A DNA stretch of 31,466 nt. Origin: a virus. Lineage: Duplodnaviria > Caudoviricetes. The DNA lies in IMG/VR virus record IMGVR_UViG_3300032320_000343, positions 1-31,466 of that record, one strand, 5' to 3'. Both the position numbers and the translations under genes were made by a program. The notes beneath the pieces are model-generated. The model was not told where the DNA came from, did not search any database, and saw only the letters and a list, made by a program, of their open reading frames with translations. Positions 27,146 through 31,466 of this stretch are shown here, in pieces. Every line of letters starts with the position of its first letter. Positions within the stretch are counted from its first letter, which is position 1.

Positions 27146-27360
27146 TTGATCCTCTTAGCTATTTCGCGTTCAATGTACCAGCGCGCTTTACGCAAGTCCT
27201 CAACCGCATCGTGTTTTTCGTCAGCTCGCCAAATGTACTTCATGGCGTTGCCCAAGTTAAACCCCATGTGCTCGGTAATCGTAATGCACTCGATCCCAGA
27301 CGGGTGGCTTAGGTAATGCTTTGGCTTATTTACAGGATCGTGCTGTTCAGAACTTGCCAT
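27142..27360 (-). CDS. DUF3310 (SaV / T7 gp1.7-like) protein
   Basis: DPVN.P.HY...GIECI...FNLGNA.KYIWR...K...EDL.KA.WY; start moved to ATG 27360. Confidence 0.88.
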   Translation of the reverse strand: MASSEQHDPVNKPKHYLSHPSGIECITITEHMGFNLGNAMKYIWRADEKHDAVEDLRKARWYIEREIAKRIK

Positions 27361-27646
27361 TGCTAGATCCTTTCGTATCCCACGGGCTAACGTAGGTGGA
27401 TGTAACGCCAAGCGGGTTAGGGCCAACAGAATAACTAACGCCAGCAGGCAGACCTAAAGCATCGTTATAGAGATATGCGCTGCCTAGGTCTACCCTTGTT
27501 CCGGCTGGCAGGTTTAATGCGTTGGTATAAAAAGTAGTATTGGCTATTTGGTAGGACGATCCGGCAGGTAAGCCTAGGGCATCGGTATATAGCCGAGTCT
27601 CAGCCTGTACGCCACCAGCAATTAATAATAAAAATAAGAGTCGCAT
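27347..27646 (-). CDS. Exported protein with three internal repeats
   Basis: Signal peptide MRLLFLLLIAGGVQA, then three Y(T/N)(D/N)AL(G/N)LPAG repeats 20 aa apart. Confidence 0.7.
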   Translation of the reverse strand: MRLLFLLLIAGGVQAETRLYTDALGLPAGSSYQIANTTFYTNALNLPAGTRVDLGSAYLYNDALGLPAGVSYSVGPNPLGVTSTYVSPWDTKGSSNGKF

Positions 27647-27647
27647 C

Positions 27648-27830
27648 TTAGTCCCCAATCAGGTCTTTTAGATTAATGTTTCTTTTCTTGAGCTCAATCT
27701 TGAACTTCTCCATAGCGCGGTTCTCAATCTTGCTAACCGTGTGCGGATGGATAAATAACTTATCCGCAATCTCTACGTTGGTCATCTCATGTGAGCTGGT
27801 GTCTTTTGGTAGCATTTTAGTTTTCTTCAT
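27648..27830 (-). CDS. Small HTH protein (sigma70 region 4-like)
   Basis: MTNVEIADKLFIHPHTVSKIENRAMEK; start uncertain (27860, 27830 or 27815). Confidence 0.75.
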   Translation of the reverse strand: MKKTKMLPKDTSSHEMTNVEIADKLFIHPHTVSKIENRAMEKFKIELKKRNINLKDLIGD

Positions 27831-27984
27831 TGGGGTTAGTGCGCCTATTGCATATGTCATCTATGTCGCCTAGATCATCGTAGTCAGGCTCTATCTCTAC
27901 GATACCAGCAAACGGGATGGGCTCCTCGTAACTGGAACCAGAGTCAACAACTACGGCGGGAGAGTACTCTTTTCTTTTCGTCAT
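27817..27984 (-). CDS. Hypothetical acidic 55-aa protein, not in ORF track
   Basis: MTKRKEYSPAVVVDSGSSYEEPIPFAGIVEIEPDYDDLGDIDDICNRRTNPNEEN*; RBS GAGGA. Confidence 0.65.
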   Translation of the reverse strand: MTKRKEYSPAVVVDSGSSYEEPIPFAGIVEIEPDYDDLGDIDDICNRRTNPNEEN

Positions 27985-28002
27985 ATTATCCTCACGGGTT
28001 AT

Positions 28003-28050
28003 TAGCGATATCGCTACCCCTGATGGTAATCAGAAAATAAATAAATGCAA
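28003..28050 (-). promoter_or_regulatory. Putative promoter with downstream palindromic operator
   Basis: TTGCAT-N16-TACCAT (28050-28023), then the perfect 14-bp palindrome TAGCGATATCGCTA (28003-28016). Confidence 0.6.
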
Positions 28051-28066
28051 TACCCTGTGTTGTTTT

Positions 28067-28495
28067 TTATCCGAGATCTACGTCTTGGATGTCAGGCGGC
28101 TTGATATTAATGCCGATAACCGAGGGTTTATCCGACTCATCGGGGTTATCTAAGAGACCAGAGGCTTTAGCAAGCAGTCGCAATACGCCGACCTTATCGT
28201 ATAGCTCCAGCTCTAAATTACCATCTTTATTAACTTTAATACTCTTGATGGCTTGCAGGGCATGCTCAGGAATATCTTTACTAGCTTTAACCTTAACGTT
28301 GCCCTCATCGTCCCATTCCATTATGTCTGTAATCTTTGTATTGGCCATACACAGCAAAGAGTAGGCGACCGCCTCGCGATTCTCTGAAATCGTAGCCGAA
28401 CGCTCTAATCTTTTCTGAATAGACCGAATACCACCCCAGTTTTGTAGGGATGGTATCTGAGCTGCTATCTTTGCCTTTGGGCGTGTACTAGCCAT
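28067..28495 (-). CDS. Putative terminase small subunit
   Basis: ITDI.EW...V.VK.S..IP....AIKSIK...ELELYDK...L.LLAK..GLL resembles the TerS oligomerisation/C-terminal region. Confidence 0.7.
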   Translation of the reverse strand: MASTRPKAKIAAQIPSLQNWGGIRSIQKRLERSATISENREAVAYSLLCMANTKITDIMEWDDEGNVKVKASKDIPEHALQAIKSIKVNKDGNLELELYDKVGVLRLLAKASGLLDNPDESDKPSVIGINIKPPDIQDVDLG

Positions 28496-28797
28496 CAGAA
28501 CGGCACATCGTCTAATGGAGCTGCCGGAGCATAGTTCTCAGGCCTACCCATCGGAGCTGCTGGTGCAAAGCTATTAAACGCTGCTGGCTGATCTAACTGC
28601 TGCTTTTCTTTGCCAATATAGCCAGAGAAGTACGGGCCTTTATTACCCGTTTTGCTGTACATATTGAACCAGAACTCACGGCCATCCGGCATCTTAATAC
28701 TGCCAGTCCAGTCTGCGTGTTTGGCGTCTGTCTTTTTAGTGTTTTTAAATAACTGGAAGTTACCAGGCTTTAATTCAAAAGGCTTATCGTATGCCAT
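28495..28797 (-). CDS. Putative single-stranded DNA-binding protein (DUF736-like)
   Basis: LFKN.KK....AD..G.I OB-like core and acidic DDVPF tail. Confidence 0.75.
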   Translation of the reverse strand: MAYDKPFELKPGNFQLFKNTKKTDAKHADWTGSIKMPDGREFWFNMYSKTGNKGPYFSGYIGKEKQQLDQPAAFNSFAPAAPMGRPENYAPAAPLDDVPF

Positions 28798-28810
28798 TGT
28801 TTATCCCTAT

Positions 28811-28975
28811 TTACGGTTGGTGGTTGAAATCATTGATTGCCTGCACGATTGCTGCGCTTTCGCTTAATCGCTCAGATTCCACGATTAAAGCATGAACTAC
28901 GGCTTGTAGGGTAAAACCCTGACGCAGCAGACTTAACATTGCACTACGTAATTCTTTCTGTAGCTTATTTTCCAT
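28811..28975 (-). CDS. Hypothetical 54-aa protein, not in ORF track
   Basis: MENKLQKELRSAMLSLLRQGFTLQAVVHALIVESERLSESAAIVQAINDFNHQP*; strong RBS AAGGAG. Confidence 0.7.
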   Translation of the reverse strand: MENKLQKELRSAMLSLLRQGFTLQAVVHALIVESERLSESAAIVQAINDFNHQP

Positions 28976-29171
28976 TTGCAGCTCCTTTTTTTAAATTAAC
29001 GGGGAAAAATTGAGTGGTACACCCCGCCCCTAGTGACAGACCCGGGGGGGGGTAACGTGCCTCTGTTTTTTTGACTGTTTCAGCCACAGCCAGCAGGCCT
29101 CGATGCCTTTGCTTGTAGGCACACACCCCTGTGTTGCCCCTGCATACCACCGTTTGGATCGCATACAACCC

Positions 29172-29951
29172 TTATCCCGCCTTGCTTTGCTCATCGAGCA
29201 GCGCTCTGGCTAGGTCTAGGATGGATTCTGGCGGTGATGTACGCGCTTTCAGCCAGATCTCAAGGTCGCGCCTGAGCATCTGCTCTGTCATTCCACACAT
29301 TCCAATCATTTCAAATCCTTTTAAATCTAAATCATTTATTACTTTTTCTTTTAAATACACACTTCTATACACATCTTGGACTATGCCCTCTACGTTGTTA
29401 TGCGTTACCAGTTCATTCCCAGAGGCTTTCTTTATCACTTCTAATGCCTGTGCCTTTACTGGCAATTTAATCGTCTTACGAGCCGTTCTAGTGGCTTTTA
29501 GGGGTACTGTACTCATGCTTTGTTGCTCCTCTTCTATCATCTGTGGACTTCTGCTCTCATCGGACATCGCTGCTATCGCGTCATTTGTGCCGATATCTGC
29601 ATTGAATATAACTCTCGTTGTGCTCGTATGGCTATTCTTACCGCCCTGCACAATCGTTTTTATATAATTATTCTTTCTTAATGATATGAGTTGGCGAGTG
29701 ATTGCTGGCCTTGTAACTCCGAGGTCTTTAGCCAGCCTATCTTGCCCGACCCACGTAATCCCAGCTCTATTGCAGTAACTACAAAGCAATCCCAATACTC
29801 TGATGGCTGCGTTGTCCAGGCTCCTGTCCTTAAGCGCTCGCAATGGCATCACGGCTATCTGCCGCTGATCTGGTAGTGCAGGCTTTAGCTTTACTTTTGG
29901 CTGTTTTGGTATGGAGAAGTTTGGTTTATCCCCTGTGTTTAAAATCTTCAT
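29172..29951 (-). CDS. Putative replication initiator with winged HTH
   Basis: D..L...AIRVL..LCSY.N..G..W.GQ.RLA.DLG..R.AI.R....L....YI; RBS GAGG; located among RusA and SSB genes. Confidence 0.75.
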   Translation of the reverse strand: MKILNTGDKPNFSIPKQPKVKLKPALPDQRQIAVMPLRALKDRSLDNAAIRVLGLLCSYCNRAGITWVGQDRLAKDLGVTRPAITRQLISLRKNNYIKTIVQGGKNSHTSTTRVIFNADIGTNDAIAAMSDESRSPQMIEEEQQSMSTVPLKATRTARKTIKLPVKAQALEVIKKASGNELVTHNNVEGIVQDVYRSVYLKEKVINDLDLKGFEMIGMCGMTEQMLRRDLEIWLKARTSPPESILDLARALLDEQSKAG

Positions 29952-30190
29952 AGAACCTCACCCGCTATGCTTATAGCGTTTTTTGCTTTCGCAAAGTATC
30001 TATCGTTTATCGCTGTGTCTAGGCTATTTACCTTCAGAGTGCTAGGCCCGATCTTTTCGATGGTCATCCCCCCTGATTCGACTGCGTTTATCTGAGTCTG
30101 GCGATACTCCATTCTCAAGGGCTGGGTTATGGCCCCGTTATTAGTTTCTAGCAGAATATCTGTCATCTGTCTATAAATGTTAACCATCAT
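29948..30190 (-). CDS. Possible 80-aa leader ORF overlying a structured RNA
   Basis: Starts immediately after the upstream TAA and ends in an ATGA overlap with the initiator; no recognisable protein motif. Confidence 0.35.
   Translation of the reverse strand: MMVNIYRQMTDILLETNNGAITQPLRMEYRQTQINAVESGGMTIEKIGPSTLKVNSLDTAINDRYFAKAKNAISIAGEVL
29963..30136 (-). ncRNA. Candidate structured RNA / origin element upstream of the replication initiator
   Basis: Stems TGAG-AA-TGG..CCA-GA-CTCA, ATC-GAAAA-GAT, TTTGC-GAAA-GCAAA and CGCTAT-AAGC-ATAGCG; GATAAACG occurs twice. Confidence 0.5.
30145..30173 (-). promoter_or_regulatory. Putative sigma70-type promoter
   Basis: TAGACA-N17-TAGAAA with extended -10; shares TTCTGCTAGAAACT with the capsid promoter. 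Confidence 0.55.
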
Positions 30191-30358
30191 TTATTGCAGA
30201 CTGACTGGCAATTCAAATAGCGGTATCTCATTGCTCCACCAGCTGTAATTACATTCCCTGCACACTCTGCGCCTGCAAATCCAGTTGCGCTCCTCATGCT
30301 TACGTGTCTCTGCTACCTTAATATCTTGGCTATCGCATATCTCATTTGGGCAAATCAT
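30191..30358 (-). CDS. Stand-alone NrdR-type zinc ribbon protein (55 aa), not in ORF track
   Basis: MICPNEICDSQDIKVAETRKHEERNWICRRRVCRECNYSWWSNEIPLFELPVSLQ*: CP..C, V.ETR and RRR.C..C pattern. Confidence 0.75.
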   Translation of the reverse strand: MICPNEICDSQDIKVAETRKHEERNWICRRRVCRECNYSWWSNEIPLFELPVSLQ

Positions 30359-30698
30359 TCTTTTCTCTTTCGTATATCTCTAACATGGCATTTCGCAGCT
30401 GCTCATATGCAGCATGGCCACGCACTTCTGCCACTCTCGCGAGGTGCAGCTGTCTGGTCTTTCGAGTTCTAAATCTCTTGAGTACTCCGACAGCCTCAGC
30501 ATACAAGCGGTACTCCTCCGAGTAGTTTCCGACTGTCCTCCCATCCGGCAGATGAAGTAGCCGGGGTGATCCGTGAAATTGATTACAAGCGAGACATCGT
30601 AGTCTGTCATCTACTTGGCCGCCTCCCTCGCTTGTTTCCTCTCCCAACAATCCTTGCAGACCCACCTCTTTTGTCTTTTGTTTGCGCTTACGATCCAT
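30342..30698 (-). CDS. Hypothetical protein (CxxC..H)
   Basis: CLACNQFH...LPDG..VG.YSEEYR..EA..VL core; the true start is uncertain and probably downstream of 30698. Confidence 0.6.
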   Translation of the reverse strand: MDRKRKQKTKEVGLQGLLGEETSEGGGQVDDRLRCLACNQFHGSPRLLHLPDGRTVGNYSEEYRLYAEAVGVLKRFRTRKTRQLHLARVAEVRGHAAYEQLRNAMLEIYEREKNDLPK

Positions 30699-30808
30699 GC
30701 ACCATTCCTGTGGTCTTTGCCGAACTGGCAGTTAGAGCACCAGCGCCTGCCCGTAATCGAGCTGTCAGCCTGTACGGCCTTTGTGTACACATCATTCTCA
30801 TGGCTCAT
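30611..30808 (-). CDS. Small zinc-finger protein
   Basis: CSNC...CKDC; ATGA overlap with rusA. Confidence 0.7.
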   Translation of the reverse strand: MSHENDVYTKAVQADSSITGRRWCSNCQFGKDHRNGAWIVSANKRQKRWVCKDCWERKQAREAAK

Positions 30809-31158
30809 TCAATAACCTCAATCATTACTCTTGCTTGGCCGCCAGTACGGGTGCCAGAGCCTCTATAAATATTAATCTGGTCTATCTGCTCATCGTCATC
30901 GAATACGCCAGCATCTTGCAGGCTGTCCAGCAGGGCCTTGATGCGGTTATCGATATCGAACTTGCGCTTATCCTTTGGCCACAGCACGATCTCCAAAGAA
31001 AGCCTAGCAGCTCCCAACTTAGGACTATTGCTCTCTGCTATGTACTCGGCCACCTTTGCTTTGTATTCGCGCCCACCCTTGCTCATGTAGGTTGCATGGG
31101 CTCCTCTACGATAATACGAATTTACAGAAGGCGGGAACGGCAACGTAAGAATAATCAT
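30805..31158 (-). CDS. rusA: RusA Holliday junction resolvase
   Basis: LPFPPSVN.Y and R..DIDN..K.L.D.L..AG...DD.QID motifs. Confidence 0.93.
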   Translation of the reverse strand: MIILTLPFPPSVNSYYRRGAHATYMSKGGREYKAKVAEYIAESNSPKLGAARLSLEIVLWPKDKRKFDIDNRIKALLDSLQDAGVFDDDEQIDQINIYRGSGTRTGGQARVMIEVIE

Positions 31159-31328
31159 CCGATAAGCTGCGATAAACGCTGGTTAAGGTTGCCTGTCTTA
31201 CCAAGGGCAACGCGCAGCTCATCATTGATAACGCTGGCTATGGGTTTCTTACGCTCTTGTGAGGCCTGCACCAGCAGCTCACGCACATCGGGGCGCAAAC
31301 GCACTAAGAATGGCTTTAGTTCTGACAT
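31155..31328 (-). CDS. Arc/CopG-like ribbon-helix-helix regulator (57 aa), not in ORF track
   Basis: MSELKPFLVRLRPDVRELLVQASQERKKPIASVINDELRVALG...; RBS AAGGA; ATGA overlap with rusA. Confidence 0.75.
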   Translation of the reverse strand: MSELKPFLVRLRPDVRELLVQASQERKKPIASVINDELRVALGKTGNLNQRLSQLIG

Positions 31329-31343
31329 ATTGATCCTTTTAGT

Positions 31344-31413
31344 TGGACGGGTAGCAGGTCTTTTTAGTCGTGCCTGACTAGATAGGACTGGCTGAATAGT
31401 GTCAAGCTACCCG
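31344..31413 (-). ncRNA. 70-nt tRNA-like element: 8-bp terminal stem followed by NCCA
   Basis: - strand CGGGTAGC...GCTACCCG-T-CCA with internal hairpin TAGTC-AGGCAC-GACTA; no TTCRA T-loop, so not a canonical tRNA. Confidence 0.4.
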
Positions 31414-31466
31414 ATATCTGTGAGCATACAGTAAAACTACCCGTAGCCTAATCTTAGGGTAATCAC

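Noticed and set aside
28965-29168. 67-aa - strand ORF
   Set aside because: It crosses homopolymer runs and has no recognisable motif; the ORF at 28811..28975 has the clear RBS.
30001-30060. Hammerhead or pistol ribozyme (CUGAAG and UAAAUAG substrings)
   Set aside because: The required flanking stems and remaining core residues could not be assembled by eye.
30380-30610. 76-aa alternative-frame ORF
   Set aside because: The overlapping frame (30342..30698) has the more protein-like CxxC/helical sequence; not fully excluded, since its ATG follows the upstream stop directly.
31344-31413. Canonical tRNA gene
   Set aside because: It lacks the D-loop GG, a TTCRA T-loop and a proper anticodon arm.
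28003-31418. GATATC as a shared operator in several leaders
   Set aside because: GATATC also occurs many times inside coding regions; only the 14-bp palindrome was kept.

Overview
Most of the genome of a tailed dsDNA phage (podovirus with a T7/BPP-1-type virion module). No phage RNA or DNA polymerase is present in the window. Almost all genes are on the - strand. From the right end: RHH regulator, RusA, small Zn-binding proteins, HTH replication initiator, SSB-like protein, small terminase, a 4-kb accessory block (including PAPS-reductase-family, DUF3310 and an inverted metallophosphoesterase + HExxH pair), large terminase, GNAT, small basic and ejection-type proteins, portal, scaffold, major capsid, tail adaptor and nozzle, four internal virion proteins, tail fibre, holin and lysozyme. 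Two free-standing HNH endonucleases sit at gene junctions and appear to have duplicated or replaced the ends of their neighbours. Six small genes missing from the ORF track were found by hand. The least explained signals are three structured non-coding leaders (before the replication initiator, before the major capsid gene, and a CCA-ending tRNA-like element before the RHH gene), a GNAT next to paralogous MGG-starting proteins, and a virion-module protein with a possible GNAT-like effector domain. All family calls come from motif recognition, not database searches.
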